Origin: Rickettsiales bacterium
GTDB lineage: Bacteria; Pseudomonadota; Alphaproteobacteria; Rickettsiales; JABCZZ01
Direction of reading: 5' to 3'
NCBI GenBank assembly: GCA_035765535.1
Contig: DASTXE010000003.1
Location: 388,516-452,515, forward strand
DNA: 64,000 nt
The number at the start of each line of letters is the position of its first letter. Within the stretch, counting starts at the first letter, position 1. The position numbers were made by a program, and so were the translations under genes. Positions 1 through 8,466 of the stretch are shown piece by piece. Under the pieces are notes generated by a model, which was given only the letters and a program-made list of their open reading frames with translations, was not told the origin of the DNA and ran no database searches.

Positions 1-180
1 AACGATGATTTCCTTGTAGGGATAATCCTGCGTAATGGCGGAACGTATCGCCGCTTCCAGGTAAGTTGTGACGTTATAAACAGGAATAATAACTGCAACA
101 CGCTCATTGGCGGGACGCAGTAGGTTTTTAAGGGCAAACAACGAGAGCATGGCCGTATCCGGATGTATGCGCTTGATCAT
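1..180 (-). CDS. Glycosyltransferase family 2, N-terminal fragment; the gene runs off the left edge
   Basis: My translation from the ATG at 180 gives MIKRIHPDTAMLSLFALKNLLRPANERVAVIIPVYNVTTYLEAAIRSAITQDYPYKEIIV. This is a typical GT2 N-terminus (VxIIPxYN...A..S...Q.Y). It is absent from the ORF track because it is truncated. Confidence 0.6.
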   Translation of the reverse strand, partial: MIKRIHPDTAMLSLFALKNLLRPANERVAVIIPVYNVTTYLEAAIRSAITQDYPYKEIIV

Positions 181-234
181 AGCGCATAGCCTATGCTAAG
201 GCTAGCAGGTAATCCTCATTGATTGGAAAGGCTT

Positions 235-492
235 ATGCCGCTGATAGACTCAAAGAAGGTTTTATGGAAAGAGGTCGACGGCCTCGTGGTCGTGCTGTTG
301 ATTTCCGCAGGCTATTTCATTGAGCTCAACAAAGTCGGCAGCACCATCTGGAAACTACTGGCCGAAGGCAAATCTGTGGAAGAAATCGTAGCGGCCATGA
401 TGAAAATATATGATGTCGCTGCGGAGAAACTGACAGCGGATGTGAAAGCGTTCATTGAGCGCATGGCTGAGCAGGGACTCGTGCAGGCCTAG
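235..492 (+). CDS. PqqD-family small protein (RiPP recognition element-like peptide chaperone fold)
   Basis: 85-89 aa. The pattern ...FIELNKVGSTIWKLLAEGKSVEEIVAAMMKIYDV..EKLTADVKAFIERMAEQGLV matches the PqqD family. GGAAAGG lies 5 nt before the ATG at 235; an alternative TTG start is at 223. Confidence 0.65.
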   Translation: MPLIDSKKVLWKEVDGLVVVLLISAGYFIELNKVGSTIWKLLAEGKSVEEIVAAMMKIYDVAAEKLTADVKAFIERMAEQGLVQA

Positions 493-1301
493 CATTCCTC
501 GCGCAGGCGGAACAAAGCATATTGCAGATATTCACGCCTGTGTAATAGGCCTTCAGCAACAATACGGCGTAGGTTTTGGATGTAATAATCCCGGGACATC
601 AATCCCGGTGCCTGTGTCTTCAGTATAGTGTCTATAATGGCGGTATTGGCTTTCATTAATGCCTGGGAAGAAAGCGTAGTATTGCCTTTGTGGCGGCGAA
701 AACAGGTGAGTATCTCCGGCAGTGCCGCACCCTTGCCATGCTGCAGCAGTTCAGCCCATAAAGCATAATCTTCCGACACGGTAAAATCCTCAGGGAATCC
801 CTTTGTAGCTGCAAGATTTTGTGCTCGTGTCACCACGGAGGAAGTGTGAATGAGAGGAAACATGGCGATATCGTGCAGTGTCATCGCAGGCTTTGCCGGA
901 ATGATAGGCGAGCGTGGCAGTGAATTTCGACTTTCACCGATAAAGGCAAAGCCTGAGCACAGCCATGCAACATCTGGGTGTGCCTGAAGATAAGCAATGC
1001 AGCGTTGCAGCTTCTGCGGTGCAAACAGATCGTCATCATCCAGAAATGCAATAAATTCGCCCCGTGCTTCGCGAATGCCGAAGTTGCGTGCAGCTGCAGC
1101 GCCTGAATGGGCTTGCGTGAAATAGCGTAGCCTGCTGTCATAAAGCATAACAAGCTCCCGCGTATTATCCTGAGAACCGTCATCCACCACGATCACCTCA
1201 AAATCCCGGTAGCTCTGCGCATAAACGGAATCCAGCGCTTGCTGGAGAAAAGCGACGCGGTTGCGGGTAGGGATAATGATACTGACGAGTCCCGTTTTCA
1301 T
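489..1301 (-). CDS. Glycosyltransferase family 2
   Basis: Contains VSIIIPTRNRVAFLQQALDSVYAQSYRDFEVIVVDDGSQDNT and the DxD-type motif FLDDDDLF. I prefer the ATG at 1301; the ORF track starts at a TTG at 1319. Its stop overlaps the stop of the PqqD-like gene. Confidence 0.85.
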   Translation of the reverse strand: MKTGLVSIIIPTRNRVAFLQQALDSVYAQSYRDFEVIVVDDGSQDNTRELVMLYDSRLRYFTQAHSGAAAARNFGIREARGEFIAFLDDDDLFAPQKLQRCIAYLQAHPDVAWLCSGFAFIGESRNSLPRSPIIPAKPAMTLHDIAMFPLIHTSSVVTRAQNLAATKGFPEDFTVSEDYALWAELLQHGKGAALPEILTCFRRHKGNTTLSSQALMKANTAIIDTILKTQAPGLMSRDYYIQNLRRIVAEGLLHRREYLQYALFRLREEC

Positions 1302-1365
1302 ACTGTATTGGGGCGGCAAAGAGAGGGTGTACAGCGCAGGCGCTATCCGATATAGTTAGCGCATA

Positions 1366-2892
1366 ATGAGCATAACGGCAATCATAGTCAGCTATAACAG
1401 TGCGGAAGTTATTGGCGCCGCGCTCAGTAGCGTTTGCGCTCATTCTGAAGTAGAGCGCTGCATCGTGGTGGATAATGCGAGCACGGACGGAACGCTTGAA
1501 CTCATACGCTCTTGCTTCCCCGATGTGCGGATAATCGCAAACCTCGATAATCAGGGCTTTGGCCGTGCTTGTAATCTCGCCCTGCAGCAGGTGAAGACCG
1601 AATACGCGCTTCTGCTGAATCCCGATGCCGTCATGGGAAAGGACAGCATAGAAGCATTGCTTTCGCAGGCGAAATCCCACCCGGAAGCCGCAATTATTGC
1701 GCCGGTACTGCCATGGCAGGGAGGGGATCCAAGCACATCGTCCCTGCGTCAGCCTGTCATTGCCAATGCAGCTCTCCCGGTTACGGGCAGGCGGGAAGGG
1801 GATATCCTGCCAGCATCCGTTATCTCCGGAGCGGTGGCCTTATGGCGCATGGAGCAGATGCAGCGGATAGGTTTCTTCGATCCGGCTTTTTTTCTGTTCT
1901 ATGAAGATGATGATATTTCCATTCGTGTACGCCGTGCAGGGTATGAGCTTTTGCTGGTTGCAGGGCTGGAGGTAGAGCATATTCCCGGACGCTCATGCAA
2001 GGTTACGCCTGCTATTGAAAAACGAAAACTGTGCAGTTCCACCTGGTCTTATTTATACATGCACCGCAAATACCGGGGTATGGTGATTGCTTTATGCAAG
2101 ACGTTCATATTACTGGCGCGTTCAATATGCCTGGCGGCAAGGTATGCGGTAAAGATGAATAAGGGCGCCGCCGGGCAGAAACCAGGGAATGAAGAAGAGG
2201 AATATAACCAGCAATGCGCAGCTTCATTGGCAGTGCTGGAGCAGGAAATGGCTGTGGTGTTGCATACGCAGGATATGCAAGCGCAAGAGGCGATCCGGCA
2301 GTTGGAAGCAGAGTATAGGCAGGCGGAAGAAGGATTCCAGATACGCAAAACGGGGTGGGAAACAGATCATAAGGTAACACTTGCGGCGGCGGCCACGGAA
2401 CACGAACAGGCGCTCGCTGATGCCATGCAAATGCATGAGCAGCAATGGGAGGATAAAACACGGTCGCAGTCTGAGCCGGCTTCGCAAGCCGTATGGGAAC
2501 ATGAAGGGCAGCTGCGTATTATTCAGCAGGCATATGATGAAAAATGGATGGCGCTGACCAGCGGGTTCGATACGCAGTGGCGTTATTCCCAGCAGCAATA
2601 CGATGCGCAGTGGGCTGAAATGGTGCGGCAGCAGGAAGAGCGCAGAAAACTGCTCCAGCAGAAACTGGAAACGCAGCGCGCGACATTGATTCAGCAACAC
2701 GAGAAGAAGCGCTGGACACTCCTGGCGGAGCAGGAAAAGCAGCGCACCATTCTGCAGAAGCAGTGGGATGCAGAGCGTCTGGCATGGCAGCACAGGCAGG
2801 AAGCGCAGCAGGCCTATAGGATCAATGCAGCAAAATTATCCGGTGCATGGCGTTTTCTGTGCAGCCCGGGAAAGGATAAGGGTGAGCAGTGA
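1366..2892 (+). CDS. GT2 glycosyltransferase (rhamnosyltransferase-like) fused to a ~235-aa Q/E/R/W-rich coiled-coil tail
   Basis: The N-terminus has ITAIIVSYNSAEVI...CIVVDNASTDGT, LLLNPDAV and FLFYEDDDISIRVRRAGY. From about residue 274 (nt ~2185) the sequence is low-complexity and helical, with recurring QxW units. Confidence 0.85.
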   Translation: MSITAIIVSYNSAEVIGAALSSVCAHSEVERCIVVDNASTDGTLELIRSCFPDVRIIANLDNQGFGRACNLALQQVKTEYALLLNPDAVMGKDSIEALLSQAKSHPEAAIIAPVLPWQGGDPSTSSLRQPVIANAALPVTGRREGDILPASVISGAVALWRMEQMQRIGFFDPAFFLFYEDDDISIRVRRAGYELLLVAGLEVEHIPGRSCKVTPAIEKRKLCSSTWSYLYMHRKYRGMVIALCKTFILLARSICLAARYAVKMNKGAAGQKPGNEEEEYNQQCAASLAVLEQEMAVVLHTQDMQAQEAIRQLEAEYRQAEEGFQIRKTGWETDHKVTLAAAATEHEQALADAMQMHEQQWEDKTRSQSEPASQAVWEHEGQLRIIQQAYDEKWMALTSGFDTQWRYSQQQYDAQWAEMVRQQEERRKLLQQKLETQRATLIQQHEKKRWTLLAEQEKQRTILQKQWDAERLAWQHRQEAQQAYRINAAKLSGAWRFLCSPGKDKGEQ

Positions 2893-3796
2893 GAGCAGAG
2901 TCGCGGTAGCGGTGATTACCCGGCGCAGACCGGATTCGCTGGCAGTAACGCTGCGCTCCTTGCAGGAGCTGCAAGTACCGCCATCGATAAAAGTACGTTG
3001 TATAGTCGTAGATAATGATGCAGCCCGAAGCGCCTTGCCCGTAATGCAAAATATGCAGCAGCAAACCGCAATGGCGCTGGAATATGCAGTGGAAGAAACT
3101 CCTGGCATTCCGCACGCGCGCAATAAGGCGCTGGAGCTGGCGGCAGACGAGGATTATATTGCCTTCATCGACGATGACGATATAGCCGAGCCGCGCTGGC
3201 TGGCGGCGCTTTATGAGGCTGCGCGAGCCTATAATGCGGATGTCGTCAAAGGACATATTGTCTATACATTCCCCGCCCATAAGGAGCATCTGGCCGCGCT
3301 CGATATTTTTACTGATATCGCCGTGCCGACAGGCATAGCGCTGGACTCGGCATGGAGCAACAACGTTTTGTTCAGCACGAAGATATACAATGAAACCGGC
3401 TTGCGCTTTGATTCTTCTTTCCGGGACACGGGAGGAAGCGATCATCATTTCTTCCGTCGGGCAAAGCAAAGCGGCGCTAAAATTATCATGTGCCGTGAGG
3501 CGGTTGTAAAAACTTCCGTGCCTGTGGAGCGCACCACGTGGCGCTGGCTTATACGCCGTAATATGCGGGTGGGAGCGACACTGACTATCTCGGATAAGAA
3601 AGCACTGGGGAAGAGCGCGGCAATACGTCATGCATGGCGGGCTGCATTGGACTCATTCCGTTATGCGCTGAGATTATTACCGGGGGTGTTCTCCGGTCGC
3701 AACCATATCGTGCATCCTTCCATGGCGGTTTGTTTTGCAATTGGACGCATAGCTGGTATATTTCACCTATCACCGCGCGAATATTACACGCGCTAA
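2882..3796 (+). CDS. Glycosyltransferase family 2
   Basis: Contains VAVAVITRRRPDSLAVTLRSL...CIVVDNDAA and IAFIDDDDIAEPRWL. The in-frame GTG at 2882 overlaps the upstream stop. The track ORF start at 2768 would overlap the previous gene by 125 nt. Confidence 0.8.
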   Translation: MSSESRVAVAVITRRRPDSLAVTLRSLQELQVPPSIKVRCIVVDNDAARSALPVMQNMQQQTAMALEYAVEETPGIPHARNKALELAADEDYIAFIDDDDIAEPRWLAALYEAARAYNADVVKGHIVYTFPAHKEHLAALDIFTDIAVPTGIALDSAWSNNVLFSTKIYNETGLRFDSSFRDTGGSDHHFFRRAKQSGAKIIMCREAVVKTSVPVERTTWRWLIRRNMRVGATLTISDKKALGKSAAIRHAWRAALDSFRYALRLLPGVFSGRNHIVHPSMAVCFAIGRIAGIFHLSPREYYTR

Positions 3797-3810
3797 TTAA
3801 AGGAGCGGCG

Positions 3811-4986
3811 ATGCGCATAGCTTATGTGCTTGGCAGGTTTCCGGTTATGTCCGAAACATTCATCGGCAATGAAATCCGCGCGATGGAAGCGGCCGGGCAT
3901 AATATCGTGCTGTCCGCATTGCATAAGCCTGAAGGAAGTTTTCAGTCGGAAGATAACGCACTCATGCACAGGACGCTCTATTTCGCTCCCCTAGAGCCTC
4001 GTGAAGGGTGGAAACTGATCCGGCGTTACGCGTTGCGCATTCTCCGCCTGCTTCCGTTCATGCTGCGCCAGACGACGGAACCGTACTTCCCATTCCTGGT
4101 ACACGCGGCTCATCTGGCGGATCATATTCGCAAAGAAAACTGTACGCATGTGCATGCGCATTTTGGCTGGGGAGCGGCGACATATGCTATTGCGGCGGCC
4201 CGGCTCGCCGGTCTGCCTGTCACGTTTACCTGTCACGGCTCTGACGTCTATGCGCGTCCTGTCGATTTGCGGGTTAAATGCAAAGCGGCAAGTGCCGTGA
4301 TTGGCGTGGCGCCTTCCATTGTGCAGGATCTGCAGAAGTTGGCTGGCGGAACGCCATGCGAACTAATCTATTGCGGTGTGGATACGGCGCGCTTCAAGCC
4401 GATTGCAGATCCGGCGCAGAATAACGGGCGCTGGCTGTTTTGCGGTAGGTTAATCGATTGCAAGGGAAGCGACGACATACTGGCAGCGTGGAAATTAATG
4501 CATGAAGAAGCACGCCCGCAGCTTGATATCATAGGCGACGGACCTTTGCGGGAGTCACTGGAACGCTACGTGGCAGAAAATAATCTGGAAGAGCATGTGC
4601 ATTTTCTGGGAACGCAACCTGCCGCATGGATTGCGCGCAACGGTCCCTGCTATTTTGCATCCATCACCGCTTTCAGGCAGGGCAGTGACGGCAGCCGGGA
4701 TACTGCGCCGATGGTGCTGAAAGAGGCCATAGCGATGGGATTGCCGGTCGTGACGACAAGGTTTGCCGATATGGCGGAGGTGGTGGACGAGAATTGTGCC
4801 GTGTTGTGTCCTCCTGCAGTGCCGCAGGCTCTGGCGGAAGCTGTTATACAGGTGCAAAAAATGCCGGATGATGCGCGGCAGAAAATGGGAAGGGCAGGAC
4901 GCGTGCGGGCAGAGACACGCTTTAGCGCGCAACAGCAGGCAGCAGCGCTTACACAGTTATTCGAGCGCTGCGCAAGATCGCGATAG
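3811..4986 (+). CDS. Glycosyltransferase family 4 (GT-B fold)
   Basis: AGGAG at 3801-3805 precedes the ATG at 3811. The N-terminus is MRIAYVLGRFPVMSETF and the C-terminus has LKEAIAMGLPVVTTRFADMAEVV, typical of GT4. The track ORF is extended upstream to 3634. Confidence 0.85.
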   Translation: MRIAYVLGRFPVMSETFIGNEIRAMEAAGHNIVLSALHKPEGSFQSEDNALMHRTLYFAPLEPREGWKLIRRYALRILRLLPFMLRQTTEPYFPFLVHAAHLADHIRKENCTHVHAHFGWGAATYAIAAARLAGLPVTFTCHGSDVYARPVDLRVKCKAASAVIGVAPSIVQDLQKLAGGTPCELIYCGVDTARFKPIADPAQNNGRWLFCGRLIDCKGSDDILAAWKLMHEEARPQLDIIGDGPLRESLERYVAENNLEEHVHFLGTQPAAWIARNGPCYFASITAFRQGSDGSRDTAPMVLKEAIAMGLPVVTTRFADMAEVVDENCAVLCPPAVPQALAEAVIQVQKMPDDARQKMGRAGRVRAETRFSAQQQAAALTQLFERCARSR

Positions 4987-5050
4987 AAAAACCCTTTGAT
5001 TCTATTATGCTCAGACCAGAAGCAGGGCGAATTCTGTATTAGGAGTGGTC

Positions 5051-7144
5051 ATGTCAGGTCAGCGTGTAAGCGTGGTGGTCCCGGTTTATAACGTCGTGAC
5101 GTTTCTGCAGGAAGCGATCGATTCCGTATTCGCACAGGATTATCCGGATATAGAGCTGGTAGTGGTGAATGATGGTTCCAATACGATGGCCTCAGAAGAG
5201 ATTGCGCGTATATGCACTGCGGATGCGCGTATTACTCTTATAAATCAGAAAAACACCGGGCAGGCCGTTGCGCGGCGAAATGGTGCGCTGCGTGCCACAG
5301 GCGATTACATTTGGTTTCTGGATGGCGATGATGCGCTGATTCCCGGAGCCGTATCGCATCTCGTGGCAGCATTGGAAGCCAATCCTTCCGCGGTGGCTTC
5401 CTATGGTAAGAAGATATTCCTCGAGAACGGCACCTTTAAATACCGTGAAATATTGCCGCTCGAATCACAGAGCGTTTCGGGCGATATTCTTCCGGCATTG
5501 CTGGAAGGGATACCGCTGCTTTCCAATGGAAGCGTGTGTATACGACGCGAATATGCTTTGAAGATTCGCTTTCCGGAAGGCATTCGGCAGGGGGAAGACT
5601 GGATCACCTGGTGCAGGCTGGCGGCGATGGGAGACATTATATGCGCTGGCCATCGGCCGGTGCTGAGCGTCCGCCAGCATAATGCCAGTACCTCTCGCGG
5701 CGTTTTTACGCAGCCCTCCATTCTTTTTTCCATGCTGGCGGTCGTGTATGGCGATCCGGAATTGATCGCGCGGATCGGCAGGGAAAAATTACAGCACTAT
5801 CGCATGGAACATACACGGCGCATCCATGAGTATTTACGTGTCAGTTATACCGAGCGGAAGCAGTATGTCAGGGCACGCTGGCATGCATGGCTTAGTGCGC
5901 ACTGGCAGCGTAAACGCGCGAAGCAGCAGTTCCCGCCGCGCGATAACAGAATCCGCGTGCTGCACGTGGTTAAATGGTTTTATGCCGGTGGTGCAGAGCG
6001 TCTGATAAGCTCAGTGCTGCAGCATAGCGACCGCGAGCGCTACGACCATGTCATACTTTCTTTGTCGGATCAGAAGGAAAGGCTGGCGGAAATACAGAAC
6101 ACACTGGGTATTCCTTATATCGCAGTCGAAATCACGCGCGATAAATGGAATATCGCAGGCTATCTGCGCTGCCTGTGGCTCATTATACACGCAAAGCCAG
6201 ATGTTATTAAAACATGGCTGCCCCCTTCCAATATCGCGGGAGGGATCGTGGGCTGGCTGCTGCGCATACCGGTGATCTGGGGTATTCATAATGCCCTTCC
6301 GCCGGAAACGAAGGATGCGTTCCGGCAGGTGCGCTTCTCGCGTTTCATGCCCGCGCGCATTATCTGCTGCTCGCAGGCCGTTTACGATACCTGTGTAACG
6401 GCGGGGCATGATGTACGAAAGCTGGAGATCATTACGAACGGCACGGACACGGCAATGTTCTGTCATTCGCCGCAAGGGCGCGCGCGGATACGCAAAGAAC
6501 TTGGCATTGCACCGGATACACTTTTGATCGGTATGGCGGCGGAATTCGTGCCGATCAAACGTCATCCGAATTTTCTTGTAGCAGCGCATATGCTGCTGAA
6601 ATCCTATCCGCAGGCACAGTTCCTCCTGTGCGGTAAAGATACGACAAGGGACAATCTGGCGTTGCGCAAATATATCTGCACGCTCGGCATGGAAGAACAG
6701 GTGTATCTGCTGGGCATCAGGAATGATATGGCGGATATTTATAATGCACTGGATATTCATGTGCTTAATTCGCATTGTGAATCGTTTGGTCTTGCGGTCG
6801 CGGAAGCGGTGTCATGCGAAACATTGTGTGTTGCGACAGAAGTTGGTATTATGAAGCAGTTGCTCCAGGATGTAGGGGAACTGATTCCGGTGTCCGAAGA
6901 CCCTGCCGTACTGGCGGAGGCCTTGAAGCGAATAATAAAATGGACGCCGCAGGAAAAGGCCGAGCGCAGGGCAAAAGGCCGCAAACGGATGATGCGCGAT
7001 TACTCGGTGAGTGAAACGGCCAGGCAGTATGATGCGCTGTATCTGCGCGTTATGCAGCAACGAAAAAATAAACAATCGAGCGAAGAGGGGACTGCCTTCA
7101 AACCGTATAATAAAATTACAGGCAAAACGAGGATGAATGGATGA
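5051..7144 (+). CDS. Two-domain glycosyltransferase (N-terminal GT2 plus C-terminal GT4)
   Basis: The GT2 part has VSVVVPVYNVVTFLQEAIDSVFAQDYPDIELVVVNDGSNT and FLDGDDAL. The GT4 part has RIRVLHVVKWFYAGGAERL and ESFGLAVAEAVSCETLCVATEVG. AGGAG at 5041 precedes the ATG at 5051. Confidence 0.85.
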   Translation: MSGQRVSVVVPVYNVVTFLQEAIDSVFAQDYPDIELVVVNDGSNTMASEEIARICTADARITLINQKNTGQAVARRNGALRATGDYIWFLDGDDALIPGAVSHLVAALEANPSAVASYGKKIFLENGTFKYREILPLESQSVSGDILPALLEGIPLLSNGSVCIRREYALKIRFPEGIRQGEDWITWCRLAAMGDIICAGHRPVLSVRQHNASTSRGVFTQPSILFSMLAVVYGDPELIARIGREKLQHYRMEHTRRIHEYLRVSYTERKQYVRARWHAWLSAHWQRKRAKQQFPPRDNRIRVLHVVKWFYAGGAERLISSVLQHSDRERYDHVILSLSDQKERLAEIQNTLGIPYIAVEITRDKWNIAGYLRCLWLIIHAKPDVIKTWLPPSNIAGGIVGWLLRIPVIWGIHNALPPETKDAFRQVRFSRFMPARIICCSQAVYDTCVTAGHDVRKLEIITNGTDTAMFCHSPQGRARIRKELGIAPDTLLIGMAAEFVPIKRHPNFLVAAHMLLKSYPQAQFLLCGKDTTRDNLALRKYICTLGMEEQVYLLGIRNDMADIYNALDIHVLNSHCESFGLAVAEAVSCETLCVATEVGIMKQLLQDVGELIPVSEDPAVLAEALKRIIKWTPQEKAERRAKGRKRMMRDYSVSETARQYDALYLRVMQQRKNKQSSEEGTAFKPYNKITGKTRMNG

Positions 7145-7851
7145 TACACGGCAGGAACAAACATAGCGGTTTCACACTAATGGAAATGACGGTGGTGATC
7201 GTCATTATCGGCCTGCTGGCGGGAGGAGTGGTCGCCGGACAATCGTTGATTAAGACTTCGGAAATCGCCTCGGTCATGACGGATGTAAACCGGTTCCGCG
7301 CGGCGATCAACGCATTCGATACGCAATATAATGCGCTGCCGGGAGATATGTCTAACGCATCGAGCTACTGGTCTACTGCTAATAATGGCGATGGTAATGG
7401 GAAGATTAATTATAATAGCGGGGCTTGGGGAAGCGAGGAATATTATGTATGGCAGCATCTGCAGCTGGCTAATATCTTGCCCGGCACTTATGGCACTTCT
7501 ACGGCAACCCTGCCGCGTTCGAGATTACGGGATGGCTATTACCGTGTTTCCTATCAGACCGGCGTCTACGGCAAAAGCGCGCATATGATTTCTCTGAACA
7601 AATGGAACTCAGCAACAAACCTTGCCAACACAGCGATATTATCGCCCAAGGATGTCTATGAAATGGATAGGAAGTACGATGACGGTTCAGCCGATACGGG
7701 ACGTATCATGGGCTTTAACGAGCAGGGCGTGCCGGGCTGTGTGACAAACGATTACACGGTAGGCTACGGAAGCTACCTGAACACGAGCGATGCAATCAAA
7801 TGCAAGATATTCTTCCTGCTCGATGAAAGAGACCCCAAGCAATCATCCTAG
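7141..7851 (+). CDS. Prepilin-type N-terminal cleavage/methylation domain protein (GspG-like pseudopilin with ~190-aa C-terminal domain)
   Basis: Starts MIHGRNKHSG/FTLMEMTVVIVIIGLLAGG: a leader ending in G, then F and E at +5, then a hydrophobic helix. The ATG at 7141 overlaps the TGA of the upstream GT gene (ATGA). Confidence 0.85.
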   Translation: MIHGRNKHSGFTLMEMTVVIVIIGLLAGGVVAGQSLIKTSEIASVMTDVNRFRAAINAFDTQYNALPGDMSNASSYWSTANNGDGNGKINYNSGAWGSEEYYVWQHLQLANILPGTYGTSTATLPRSRLRDGYYRVSYQTGVYGKSAHMISLNKWNSATNLANTAILSPKDVYEMDRKYDDGSADTGRIMGFNEQGVPGCVTNDYTVGYGSYLNTSDAIKCKIFFLLDERDPKQSS

Positions 7852-7854
7852 GTT

Positions 7855-8364
7855 TTAAGCAGAGACCGAAGTGATGTTATTGACGTTGTTCTGCACGGTC
7901 TGCTGTAAGGTCTGGTTATAAGCAACCGAAGCTTGGGTCAGCGCGCCGACCAGCCCGTCAATCAGATTCGCTCCGGTATTCGTTCCTGTATGGGAAGAGG
8001 AGGCCGCCTTGACGGCGTTCTGCGCTTCCGTGACCGAGGCGGAAGCAGAGGTGGAATACAGATTCGACAACAATGTTGTCAGCGTATGGTCGGTGGAAGT
8101 GCCGCCGCCTAACAAACTCGATACAGGGTCGAACGTGCCGTTGCCGCCGCCTTGCAGCAGGCTCAGGATTTCCGGTTTAAAGCTATTGCCACTTAATAAT
8201 GATGAGACCGCAGCAGAAGCATTGGCTGCTGCCGTGCCGGAAACGCTCGGCGTTGTGGAGCTGGAATCGGAAGATGAAGACGTGGTAGGTTGCGTCGCAT
8301 TCAGCGCGCCGGTGAGCTGGCCCAGATAAGAATACGGTATGCCTGTTGAGACGGAGTTTACCAT
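7855..8364 (-). CDS. Ser/Thr/Gly/Asn-rich low-complexity protein, function unknown
   Basis: 169 aa starting MVNSVSTGIPYSYLGQL..TTSSSSDSSSTTPSVSG... The ATG at 8364 is preceded by GGGGG. I see no signal peptide. The track start at 8376 is a TTG. Confidence 0.6.
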   Translation of the reverse strand: MVNSVSTGIPYSYLGQLTGALNATQPTTSSSSDSSSTTPSVSGTAAANASAAVSSLLSGNSFKPEILSLLQGGGNGTFDPVSSLLGGGTSTDHTLTTLLSNLYSTSASASVTEAQNAVKAASSSHTGTNTGANLIDGLVGALTQASVAYNQTLQQTVQNNVNNITSVSA

Positions 8365-8389
8365 AAACACCCCCAATAATTACCTGATA

Positions 8390-8417
8390 ATTATACCATT
8401 TTCTGCTAAAAAAGCAA
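8390..8417 (-). promoter_or_regulatory. Candidate sigma70-type promoter for the S/T-rich protein gene
   Basis: On the minus strand I read TTGCTT, a 16-nt spacer, then TGgTATAAT (extended -10). The -10 element ends about 25 nt upstream of the ATG at 8364. Confidence 0.45.
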
Positions 8418-8466
8418 GGAGGCTCGGTTCGTCGCAAAAAGCGTTATAATAGCGCAGCTTGGCACA

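Noticed and set aside
2768-2881. Upstream extensions of ORF-track entries: 2768 for the third GT2, 3634 for the GT4, 62935 for the SDR, 57486 for the lyase and 46406 for the OMF.
   Set aside because: Each extension overlaps the preceding gene or adds residues before a much better start. The better starts have an RBS plus a canonical N-terminus, signal peptide or lipobox.
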